64,000 nucleotides of DNA, from NCBI GenBank assembly GCA_963668025.2, contig CAXXTH010000012.1, forward strand, positions 96,001 to 160,000, read 5' to 3'. Positions 30,440 to 39,546 of this stretch are shown here, piece by piece (positions within the stretch are counted from its first letter, which is position 1; each line of letters starts with the position of its first letter). The notes under the pieces are model-generated. The model had not been told where the DNA came from. It saw only the letters and a list, made by a program, of their open reading frames with translations, and made no database searches. Made by a program: the position numbers and the translations under genes. Origin of the DNA: Candidatus Hydrogenedentota bacterium. GTDB taxonomy: Bacteria; Hydrogenedentota; Hydrogenedentia; Hydrogenedentales; SLHB01.

Positions 30440-31408
30440 TTAGTTGCGGGTATACACGGCCCCTTCCGCTTTGTACACGAATTCGCGGATCTGTTCGAGC
30501 GTGCCTACGATGATGTCATATTCATATTCGAAGGTGTCATCTTTCTCAAATCGCTCATCCCGTAATGGCGAGATATATCCGGTGGACGGGTCTTTTTCGC
30601 CTCCGCCGGGCTTTCCACAAAAACCGCCCGTAAAGAATTGCGTATCCTTGTTATACACGCCGACGCCCCATAATTGATCATCCACCAGCGCGGCCCATTT
30701 TTCCGTGGGCTGCTCCCTTCCCCATGACGCCCATGGCGGCCCTTGATTCTTGATCTCGGTGAGCGCATCCATGGTGAACGGTTTCGGGCCTTCATAGGTG
30801 TACAAATGATAAAGGTCCGCAATCGTGTATACCGCGGGCAGCTCTTGGGAACGCGTTTCGACTCCCCACCGTTCATCCGTACGGTGAATGGATAGCCGGT
30901 TGCGGACATGCGCCGTGTTGCCTTTGAGCGACACCCATTGCTCGAAATAACACTCCCCAGGCTCGTTGTTCATATCCCACAATAGCGGAATAGTCTTCAC
31001 GTACGCTTCTTTCTTGCTCTGCCGGGACTCGGCCACCGTGGCGGAATGGCCATACGCATCTCCCACTTGGATGGGATTCCAGGACCATGGCGACCAGCTC
31101 TTACTCTGGCCTTCCGCGCGGCGGTCCAAGTCTTTACCTGCATAATAGGACTGTTGAATCTGCCTGCCCCGGTCGTAATTGTTAATCAGATTTCTATCTT
31201 CTCCCGAAACAGACAGATAGGTGATCGCACCGCCGGAATGGAGGTCCATGCGAACGGCAATCACGCCATTGTCTAGAGATAGACACGATTTTTCCGAATG
31301 CGCCGCAGGCGTGTTGCAAGCCATCAATCCACTCCCCAATAAAACCGCGCTCATTATCCACAGAGCTATTCTATTGTTATTCATCTTCCGCATCCTTCTT
31401 TCACTCAT
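30440..31408 (-). CDS. Hypothetical lipoprotein, possibly a mutarotase-like beta-sandwich
   Basis: Lipobox LMAC; LDNGVIAVRMDLHSGGAITYL..NLIN start resembles the aldose-epimerase-like fold; last gene of the sugar cluster. Confidence 0.7.
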   Translation of the reverse strand: MSERRMRKMNNNRIALWIMSAVLLGSGLMACNTPAAHSEKSCLSLDNGVIAVRMDLHSGGAITYLSVSGEDRNLINNYDRGRQIQQSYYAGKDLDRRAEGQSKSWSPWSWNPIQVGDAYGHSATVAESRQSKKEAYVKTIPLLWDMNNEPGECYFEQWVSLKGNTAHVRNRLSIHRTDERWGVETRSQELPAVYTIADLYHLYTYEGPKPFTMDALTEIKNQGPPWASWGREQPTEKWAALVDDQLWGVGVYNKDTQFFTGGFCGKPGGGEKDPSTGYISPLRDERFEKDDTFEYEYDIIVGTLEQIREFVYKAEGAVYTRN

Positions 31409-31419
31409 CCGTATAAATT

Positions 31420-33786
31420 CTATCTTTCGGCATCCTCTATAGTGTAGTCAAGCAAGGGCCGGATGACGATATCTTCAAAATCCACTTCCGCGTTTTCGGC
31501 AAAGAAAAACAAGCGCTCCCCGCGTTCGTTGTTCCGGGTAATAATCGTCCGGCTATTGTTGATGCATACATCAATGATGTCATCCTTCATCACAATGTCG
31601 AGCATGAAAGGCTGCTCCAGCCCTTCCACGCCATCAATGCGATAGGGAACAAACCATGCAGCGGCAGGTTCTTTAGCGAGCTGGCCATTTTCCGGCATGC
31701 CGAATTGCACCTGTTTCGTCTCCGGTGCAAATTGAAGTTCACATCCTTTTTCATATAATCCAGCGCCACGGAAACAGAGTCCAAAACGTCCCGTTTTCCC
31801 AGAAGGCTTTACGAGCATGGTGATGCGCGCATTCCGCGGCATCGCGGCCTGCATGCCCATTTCGAGAGCGCCCGTGGAATGCACCTGGACGGCGGACGCA
31901 TCGCCTGAAGCATGCGGGGTCAATGAGGCAAATGGCCGTGTGATGGGCTGGCCTGATGGCGGGATAAATTCATCGGCAAACTTGAGCCCGAGAGCGCCGT
32001 CGTTATGCTGAACGAGTTCCCAAACCACCAAGTTCCCGCCCCATCCCTCGTCAGGGATGAAGCCCGCCGTCAAGCGCCTTTCACCTATGGGAAACGCCTT
32101 GGGAACTTTAAGGATGCTCATTTCCATCAGCAATGGCTGGCATGTCCAAGGCCCAAAAGGCTCGGAGGAACGCCACGCTTTGCGCAACGAACCTTCCAGC
32201 AAATAGCGCCAGCCGTTCCATTCGAAATAATCCGGGCAAATGAATTCGCGTTCGTTCTCCACCAATAGCGGTTTTGGCTGAGGCTTCCAATTTCGTAGAT
32301 CCGTAGAGGTAAACCAATTGAGCGTATATTGTTTATCGGCATTCATGCCGCCCATTGCGAAAAGATGATATTGCTTTTCTCTTTCGTCCCATATCACCGC
32401 ATTATCCAGCAACTCATCGATAATGGGCTTCTCCGATTCTTTGCTGAAGTGAATGCCGTCTTTACTCGTGGCGGTGAAAATCCCTCCTTTCCGGCTCGGC
32501 AGCATGGACATCACCGGATACTGCATGTAAAACGTATCGTCTTTATATACGCATGAACCCGTGCCGACAAAGCCCTCATATTGTTCCGTAATCGGTATGG
32601 CGAGGGGATGGTGTTGCCAATGAATCAAGTCTTGCGAGGATGTATGCGCGACCTGCAATCCGCCATGCCCGCTCCACCATTTTCCATGATGATTGCGCCT
32701 TCCGAGCAGATAATACAGGTGAAGCGTATCATTCACGTACAGGGGAATGCAGTCGCCCAGCCGTACATTGAAACCATTTGGACGGAAGTATTGGATGCGT
32801 TCTGGCGTCCGGCCCAGCATCTCGATGGCCCGTGTTTTAGCGTGGCCCGGCCCGCCGCTAAGCAGTTCGATTTCCTGATCGGAGAGGGCGCGATTCCAGA
32901 CTGCCACATGATCGATCTCGCCATGGAATCCCGATACCTCTTCCCCATGGGAAGAGGCTGCTCCAATCAAAAAAGGCGCGGCATTCGTGCGAAGGTCGCC
33001 GATGGGGAATTCTTCATCCATCAGCACGCCATCCACAAACAACTGCACCTTTGGGCCGGTGAACCGAATAACGAGGCCATGCCAGTCTTTCGCGCCAATG
33101 AGCCCCACCGGCGCACAAATGCGCATGCACCCCTTCCTGGCCTCTTCCAATATGCGGGGATCGCCGTCTCCCGATATTTTACCTAGAGTGTCCAACGCCT
33201 CCCGTGATGGACTCAGGCCTATCCGGAACTCGATGAGTTGGCTGGAAGCACTCACCCGCTTATACCCATCGGGCTGGTGAAACAGGAAGTATTCTTCCGT
33301 AGGAACAGTCTGGCCGAAGATGTTTTGAATGGTTTGCGGTTTGGCCGCGCCGTCTGTGCAAGAGAGATAATAACTTGCCGTATCGTCTTCTCCCGATTTG
33401 CCCAGAATGGGCGCATCCCATTCGCCCGATGGAACACGCATGCGGATGCAGATACTCATCTCACTGCCGGAAAGCGCCAGCCGCTTTTCATCTTCTGCTG
33501 GAACACTCAGGTATCCTCCGTCGAAGACAGCGGCATAACCATCGCCGCAGGATTGGAGCGAGGCATCCCGCTCCAAGCCTTGCAAAGAAACGCCGGTTTG
33601 CACCGCACCGTGAATCACAAGAGAAAGGATGTTTGGTTCTTTATTCTCCTCTGGACTCATCGTCCAATAGGCAGCAGCGTCATGGAAAGGGGACTCGGCC
33701 TCGCCATATCCGATAGCCGGATAGGCGCATGCGCACCAAATCGCTATTGCCCATATGCCCGCGCGGTTTGCCATTATTTCTTTCAT
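31420..33786 (-). CDS. Secreted LamG + GH32-like beta-propeller glycosidase (non-canonical)
   Basis: Signal peptide; LamG (GEIDHVAVWNRALS); GDCIPLY, AHTSSQDLIHW, GTGS, SxDL repeats, ICPDYF; C-terminal beta-sandwich. Confidence 0.8.
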   Translation of the reverse strand: MKEIMANRAGIWAIAIWCACAYPAIGYGEAESPFHDAAAYWTMSPEENKEPNILSLVIHGAVQTGVSLQGLERDASLQSCGDGYAAVFDGGYLSVPAEDEKRLALSGSEMSICIRMRVPSGEWDAPILGKSGEDDTASYYLSCTDGAAKPQTIQNIFGQTVPTEEYFLFHQPDGYKRVSASSQLIEFRIGLSPSREALDTLGKISGDGDPRILEEARKGCMRICAPVGLIGAKDWHGLVIRFTGPKVQLFVDGVLMDEEFPIGDLRTNAAPFLIGAASSHGEEVSGFHGEIDHVAVWNRALSDQEIELLSGGPGHAKTRAIEMLGRTPERIQYFRPNGFNVRLGDCIPLYVNDTLHLYYLLGRRNHHGKWWSGHGGLQVAHTSSQDLIHWQHHPLAIPITEQYEGFVGTGSCVYKDDTFYMQYPVMSMLPSRKGGIFTATSKDGIHFSKESEKPIIDELLDNAVIWDEREKQYHLFAMGGMNADKQYTLNWFTSTDLRNWKPQPKPLLVENEREFICPDYFEWNGWRYLLEGSLRKAWRSSEPFGPWTCQPLLMEMSILKVPKAFPIGERRLTAGFIPDEGWGGNLVVWELVQHNDGALGLKFADEFIPPSGQPITRPFASLTPHASGDASAVQVHSTGALEMGMQAAMPRNARITMLVKPSGKTGRFGLCFRGAGLYEKGCELQFAPETKQVQFGMPENGQLAKEPAAAWFVPYRIDGVEGLEQPFMLDIVMKDDIIDVCINNSRTIITRNNERGERLFFFAENAEVDFEDIVIRPLLDYTIEDAER

Positions 33787-33811
33787 TGCGTGGCCTTCCT
33801 CTATTTCTGAG

Positions 33812-34729
33812 TTATGCTTTGAATGCGCCCGAAGTTACGCCTTCAATAAACGGCTTGGTGGCATACACGAATACGAGGAGCAATGGAATGCTGGCCACCA
33901 CATAGGCGGAAAAGAGCGTGGAAAAGTTTTGTCCATATTGGGAAGTGGCCATGACAAAAAGGCCTGATGCAATGGGATGCATGCTCGTATCGGGAAGCGT
34001 GACGAACGGCCACATGAAATTATTCCAGGTGCCGAAAACCGACATGATCAACACCACGGAAACGACCGGCTTTGACAAGGGCAGCACCAGCCTGGAATAG
34101 ATCTGGAAATGGCCCGCGCCGTCGATACGGGCGGATTCGAATAAGTCTTCCGGCAGCCCTTCAAAAAAGCTCTTAAAGATAAACGTGGTCAGCGCTTGCT
34201 GGCCCGCTATGCCAGGCAGGATGATCACCCAATACGTGCCCAGCATGCCCATGGACTTGACGATCATATACGAGGGAACAAAGAGCAGCACGCCGGGGAA
34301 CATCATCGCGGACATAATATAGTAGAAGAAAAGCTGTTTTCCCGGAAAACGATAGCGCGATAACACATAACCAGTGACGGAGGAAAGCACGATAACGCCC
34401 GCCGCGATGGAGGTGGAGAACATCAGGCTGTTCAAGATATATTTCCGCAGAATGTCCCATCCCAATTGATAGCCCCGCGTGGCGGTATCGATGTTGTTCA
34501 GGAGCGTTTCGCATAACGCGCCGAAGGAAGGCTGCTGCACACCGCCTCCGGCCCATGCGGAAAGAGCGGCGCACATATTGTTCACGGCTTGCGGCAATCC
34601 AAAAAAAGTGTGGTATAGTTCGCTATTCGAACGGAACGAATTGTTCAATACAAATAGGAACGGAAGCAAGGTAAGCCCCGCCAGCAGGAGCAGGCTACCG
34701 TGCAGCAAGAACGCGCGAAGCCGTTTCAT
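33812..34729 (-). CDS. Carbohydrate ABC permease (MalG-like)
   Basis: EAA loop FESARIDGAG; WNNFMWP. Confidence 0.92.
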   Translation of the reverse strand: MKRLRAFLLHGSLLLLAGLTLLPFLFVLNNSFRSNSELYHTFFGLPQAVNNMCAALSAWAGGGVQQPSFGALCETLLNNIDTATRGYQLGWDILRKYILNSLMFSTSIAAGVIVLSSVTGYVLSRYRFPGKQLFFYYIMSAMMFPGVLLFVPSYMIVKSMGMLGTYWVIILPGIAGQQALTTFIFKSFFEGLPEDLFESARIDGAGHFQIYSRLVLPLSKPVVSVVLIMSVFGTWNNFMWPFVTLPDTSMHPIASGLFVMATSQYGQNFSTLFSAYVVASIPLLLVFVYATKPFIEGVTSGAFKA

Positions 34730-35658
34730 GCCTTACCCTCCAATTCTTCCGTCGAGCGTACGTATCGAAACGCCATCAAGGTCAATCCCAGAATTAAGAA
34801 GAACAGGCACACCCCGACCGCGCACGCATAACCCATTCGTTGAAAACTAAAGGCATTGAAGTACATCCAGAGCGCGGGAACCATGGTGCGGAAACCGGGG
34901 CCGCCCCGCGTAAGGATGAAAATACCTTCATAGGTCTGCACGCCGCCGATGATCGTCAGCACCATGATCAGCTTGAGCTGGCTGAACACCATGGGGATGT
35001 CTATGCGGATGAATTTACTAACGCCGGTGCAGCCCTCGAGCTTGGCGGCTTCATTCACGCTGGTGGGGATGCTGGCCAATCCGGCATAGTAGATGAGTAC
35101 ATTGATTCCGCCAATCCAGGGGAATCCCACGAAGGCTATCGCCAGCAAAGCGGTCTTAGGACCGCTGAGCCAGCCCTGGCTCATACCGCCCAGCCCAATC
35201 ATGCGAAGCACTTCGTTGAACATGCCCGATTCATTGTAAATCATGCCGCCCCAGATCAACTGCACGGCCACGCCAGGAGCGACAATAGGCACTAAGAACA
35301 GGAGCCGGTATAAATACCTCCCCCGTTCCTTATCGAGCGAAAATATGAGCTTGGCCACGATGAGCGGGACGGTGATCTGGATAGCGGTTCCAAACAAGGT
35401 GAGCAGCAGCATGTTGATGACGGCTGGATAGATGACGGGATCCATGGTGAATAGTTCCACGTAATTCCGCAAGCCGACAAACTCGGATTCGCCGCCGACT
35501 TCAAACTTGAATAGCGAATTCACGAACGCCCACAAAACCGGTAAGTAAATGAAGACCGCCATCAAGATGGCTGGAAGGGCGAGAAGGGCGTAGCAGCTCA
35601 CACTAAACCGCTGTTTCTCGCTCATATGCCATAGGAATGGTTTGATGGATTTATTCAT
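34726..35658 (-). CDS. Carbohydrate ABC permease (MalF-like)
   Basis: FVGLRNY, EAAKLEG and LTRGGPG motifs; start overlaps the SBP stop. Confidence 0.92.
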   Translation of the reverse strand: MNKSIKPFLWHMSEKQRFSVSCYALLALPAILMAVFIYLPVLWAFVNSLFKFEVGGESEFVGLRNYVELFTMDPVIYPAVINMLLLTLFGTAIQITVPLIVAKLIFSLDKERGRYLYRLLFLVPIVAPGVAVQLIWGGMIYNESGMFNEVLRMIGLGGMSQGWLSGPKTALLAIAFVGFPWIGGINVLIYYAGLASIPTSVNEAAKLEGCTGVSKFIRIDIPMVFSQLKLIMVLTIIGGVQTYEGIFILTRGGPGFRTMVPALWMYFNAFSFQRMGYACAVGVCLFFLILGLTLMAFRYVRSTEELEGKA

Positions 35659-37255
35659 TGGGAAGATCCTTATAGGCGGCCCGGAGCGGCGCAAGCGCCT
35701 CCCATGTAGCTTGCATGTTCTCCATATCGACCTTCTTCCGTTCGAGATGATTTACACAGGCCGCGCGGATATTCGAGACTTGCCAGTCCATGAAACCTTC
35801 AAGGCTGATGCCGTCATTCAAATACATCTCCAGCATGCGTCGCTGGATTTCCAAGAACTTCAAATCAAACGAAAACATCCACTTCGTCGATGTATACCGG
35901 CGCTCCAATATCTCCGCGAAAGGATGCAGCGGAGGAAGCGGTTCCACGCCACGGATGTTGGGAATGAAGCAAGGATATTCATTCACGATGCGCGTGTAAT
36001 TGTCTGGCATGCAAAGAAAGTGAAGAAATCTGACCACCTGCTGGAGGCGTTCGGAGCGATTCATGCGTTCCTGCATGGGAAGCGCGGGCTCGGTGTCGCC
36101 CACAGCAGTGTTCGTAATCTCAAATTGCGTTCCAGAGCCGCCGATAACGCACATGTCCACTGGTTCCGTAACAAAGGGGCTTGTTTGCGGCGTTAGGGGA
36201 GGCGGATAAAAAACACCCCATTCGAAATCCAGCGAGTTGTCGGCTTGCAATCGATACGTGATGGGGCTCGAATTCCACATCATGGCGGCGTGCTGGGTGA
36301 CGAATTCCCTCAGAAAATCGGTGCTGTTCAAATCTTTATTGCAGTAGGCGCGCAGGCCTTTCATCACGCGCCACAATTCGAGATAACGGGGATCCTGATT
36401 CGTGAAGAATTTTTTGCCGAAGAGAAAACTGAGTTCATCCGCATCCAGATAGCCCTTCATGTATTTTTCGCGTGCGGCATCTCCCTTGAGGACATCAATG
36501 CCGGGCAGAATCGAAAAATAGAGCTGGTTAAACAGTATATCGGTACACCAATCGTTGAACGTGTCCGTGTTCATCAAGAGGGGAATATAGCCTAATGCGC
36601 GAATCTTCGCCATGCCATCGTGCCATTCTTCCCAGGTAGTGGGAGGCTCCACACCCGCTTGGCGGAAAATCGTTTTATTGTAAAAAATGCCCGTTTCGAC
36701 CATGTCGAAGCTGAGGCAATAGTTGCGCCCATCCGGCGCGGCCTTGCCGCGGCTAATCGCCTGGTAGCGGAACATGTCCCACCATGAGTAATAACCGGGA
36801 AGAGAAGGATCGCCCTTTTCCTGGATATAGGGATTCGGAGCGTTTAGAAACGCATCGAGCGGAACATACCATCCTTTGTGGACATCCACCCACACCTCTT
36901 CGACGTTGACATTGATAATGTCAGGCGCCTGCCCGCTGCTGAGTTGGGTCACCAGATATTCCCGGGCGAAAGGCACATTCACGAGCTCGATCCGCACGTC
37001 CGGATTTTCCGACTCGAAATCTTGAATGACATCGCGCAAGCCATGGATCTTATCGCCGATTCCAAAGGGCACGGAACCGGGCATATAGGGAACGCCCGGT
37101 GAAAACTTGATCACATACTTTGCGTTCTTTTGACGTTGAAGCTCCGGCCCGCCATTGGAGGCGGCTCCGGGCGTTCTGGGCCACAGCAGCCATGCGCTGG
37201 CGATGAGCACCACGGCTAGTGAGCCCCATCGAAAGATAGCGCGTGCATAGTTCAT
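35651..37255 (-). CDS. Carbohydrate ABC solute-binding protein (family 1)
   Basis: FESENPDVRIE, SGQAPDI and IFYNKTIFRQAGVEPPTTWEE motifs; N-terminal TM/signal. Confidence 0.88.
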   Translation of the reverse strand: MNYARAIFRWGSLAVVLIASAWLLWPRTPGAASNGGPELQRQKNAKYVIKFSPGVPYMPGSVPFGIGDKIHGLRDVIQDFESENPDVRIELVNVPFAREYLVTQLSSGQAPDIINVNVEEVWVDVHKGWYVPLDAFLNAPNPYIQEKGDPSLPGYYSWWDMFRYQAISRGKAAPDGRNYCLSFDMVETGIFYNKTIFRQAGVEPPTTWEEWHDGMAKIRALGYIPLLMNTDTFNDWCTDILFNQLYFSILPGIDVLKGDAAREKYMKGYLDADELSFLFGKKFFTNQDPRYLELWRVMKGLRAYCNKDLNSTDFLREFVTQHAAMMWNSSPITYRLQADNSLDFEWGVFYPPPLTPQTSPFVTEPVDMCVIGGSGTQFEITNTAVGDTEPALPMQERMNRSERLQQVVRFLHFLCMPDNYTRIVNEYPCFIPNIRGVEPLPPLHPFAEILERRYTSTKWMFSFDLKFLEIQRRMLEMYLNDGISLEGFMDWQVSNIRAACVNHLERKKVDMENMQATWEALAPLRAAYKDLPNE

Positions 37256-37296
37256 TTGAGGCATCTCTCCGTTCAAGGCCATTTGGCCGCGAAGAT

Positions 37297-39546
37297 TTAG
37301 CAGAGCGGGCAAATCCGTATGGAGTCGAAAACGGCTTCACATCCCTGCGCAAAGAAAAATAGGCGGCTGCCTTCCGAAGCATCGCGAACGGCCAGCGTGC
37401 GCCGATTGCCGATACAGGCGTGAATGATATGGCCATCGGCCACAAGCTCCAGCGAAAACGGCTCCGTGATCTCATCCACATCCGTGATCCGCGCCGATGT
37501 CCCATCACCGGGCATTCCATCCTTCGGGCGGCTAAACTGCACGCATCGATTCGCTAGATCGAATTGCAGTTCACAGCCATCGGCGTATTCTCCAGAACCG
37601 CGCAGGCACAACCCGAATCGGCCTAGACCAGATTTGGGCGTTACGCGCACAGTGATGTGGGCGTTTTTCGGCGCATGTTCGAGCGTGGCGATTGCCATGT
37701 TTCCACCCGGCTTGAGTTCGATACGTTCCGCACTGCCGAAGGCGGCGGATGTGAGTGCGGTGAACGGCAACGGGAGCGGCTCTTTCTCAGGAGGGATCAG
37801 TTCACTCGGGAACTTCACGCCCAAACGGCCTTCCTCGTCCTGGACCAATTCCCGAATGATGATGTCGCCGCCCCACGAGCCGGGGTTATCGCTCACCCAG
37901 CCGATTTGAATCCGCCGGTTTCCGAAAAAGGCGGCTGACTTGGGTACGTACGACGAGTCGGGCGTGCTGGGCCGCTGCATTTGCCACGGCCCGAAGGGCT
38001 GTTTCGATTTCCATATGGTGGATTTACATCCCGCCACGATGTAATGCCAGCCATTCCATTCAAAATAGTTTGGGCAGTACAAATGATTTTTGATGTCATC
38101 ATTGGTGAGGATGGGCGCATCCTGCTGTTGCCATTGGCGCAGATCACTGGAAACAAAGTGCGCCAGCTCGGTGCGCTCCGCGCCTGGCCGCTCGGAAAAG
38201 GTGATTAAATGAAACAGGCCCGAAGCATCCTTGAAAACATCGGCATCGCCTCCCTCCAATAACGGGCGCGGATCCTGTTTCACGAAGTGAACGCCATCGG
38301 CGCTTACCGCCAGTTGAATGCCGCCGGGGCGTGATTTTGGCATGCAGGTAAGCGTCGGGAAAAAGAGGTAATACACGCCCTCGTGCAATATGCAGGAACC
38401 GGTGCCATGCCAGCCTTCCCACTGATCGGAGATCGGCACGGCCATCGGCAGAAAATCCCAGTGGAGCAGATCCTTGGTAGTCATGTGCTCTACTTGAAGG
38501 CCGCCATGCCCGCCCTGCCATTTGCTATGCGAACTGCGCCGAATGGTCAAGTAAAACACATGCAGTTTCTCGCCATCGAAATAGGGGAAGCAGTCCCCCA
38601 CTTTCTTGTTGTGTCCTCGCGGACGCCAGTGCAGGCGAACTGGATGGCGCAGCCCGAGAAAACGGCTTTCGCTACCGGCGGCCACCGCTGGGCCGCCGCT
38701 CAGCGTGATGATCTCGCCATCGTTCAATGCGCGCGGCCACAACGCGACATGGTCGATCTGGCCGTTGAATCCAGCGGCCGGCACTCCCCGGTTCATCGCG
38801 GCTCCGATTAGGAAGGGAACCGCATTTTGGCGTAGCGTCCCGATGGGATATTCCTCATCGAGCAATACGCCATCGACGAAAAGCTGTAGCTTTGGGCCAG
38901 TAAACCGCACGATCACATCATGCCATTCCGGCGCACAGCCGTGCGCCATGGGTGCGCCGATATGCAGGACGCCTTGATTCGCTTCGTGTACTAACACTGG
39001 GGAGTTGTATGGATAATGATTCAGCCATTCCACTGTTTCTTCCGGCAGATTTCCGCCCCAGGTGAATTTGAGAAGCGGAGCAGGTGTTTCTGGTTGTTTT
39101 ATTGGAGAAGTATCCTGTTCCGCATGAAAGAAGGCCTTCTCCTTGCGTTCCGCGCTCTGGCCCGCATCTGCTTCAATTTTCACGCCCGTGTTTCCGAGGA
39201 AGTAACTCGCCTCTTCTTCACCGCCGTATTTTCCGGCCAATGGCGCGTTCCATGTTCCAGAAAAATCGCGCACCCGCACACAGAGGCTCATCTCCGTTCC
39301 CGATAGATTAAGCTGTTCTTCGTATGCGGAGGGCACACTGAAATAGCCGCCATGGAACTCCGCCGCCATGCCGTCACCGCCGCGCGCTATAGAGGCCTCC
39401 CGTTCACGCCCCTCCAAGGCAACGCCTAAGCGCACATCGCCGTTAATGATCAAGGGAATGCTATCCGCCTGGCCCGACATATGCCACACGGCGAGGGCGT
39501 CATCGAACGGGTGAATTGATCCGTCTGATCGGTCTGATCGATTCAT
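37297..39546 (-). CDS. LamG + GH32-like glycosidase, no signal peptide (non-canonical)
   Basis: Paralog of the 31420 and 39543 genes; GDCFPYF, GTGS, YCPNYF. Confidence 0.8.
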   Translation of the reverse strand: MNRSDRSDGSIHPFDDALAVWHMSGQADSIPLIINGDVRLGVALEGREREASIARGGDGMAAEFHGGYFSVPSAYEEQLNLSGTEMSLCVRVRDFSGTWNAPLAGKYGGEEEASYFLGNTGVKIEADAGQSAERKEKAFFHAEQDTSPIKQPETPAPLLKFTWGGNLPEETVEWLNHYPYNSPVLVHEANQGVLHIGAPMAHGCAPEWHDVIVRFTGPKLQLFVDGVLLDEEYPIGTLRQNAVPFLIGAAMNRGVPAAGFNGQIDHVALWPRALNDGEIITLSGGPAVAAGSESRFLGLRHPVRLHWRPRGHNKKVGDCFPYFDGEKLHVFYLTIRRSSHSKWQGGHGGLQVEHMTTKDLLHWDFLPMAVPISDQWEGWHGTGSCILHEGVYYLFFPTLTCMPKSRPGGIQLAVSADGVHFVKQDPRPLLEGGDADVFKDASGLFHLITFSERPGAERTELAHFVSSDLRQWQQQDAPILTNDDIKNHLYCPNYFEWNGWHYIVAGCKSTIWKSKQPFGPWQMQRPSTPDSSYVPKSAAFFGNRRIQIGWVSDNPGSWGGDIIIRELVQDEEGRLGVKFPSELIPPEKEPLPLPFTALTSAAFGSAERIELKPGGNMAIATLEHAPKNAHITVRVTPKSGLGRFGLCLRGSGEYADGCELQFDLANRCVQFSRPKDGMPGDGTSARITDVDEITEPFSLELVADGHIIHACIGNRRTLAVRDASEGSRLFFFAQGCEAVFDSIRICPLC

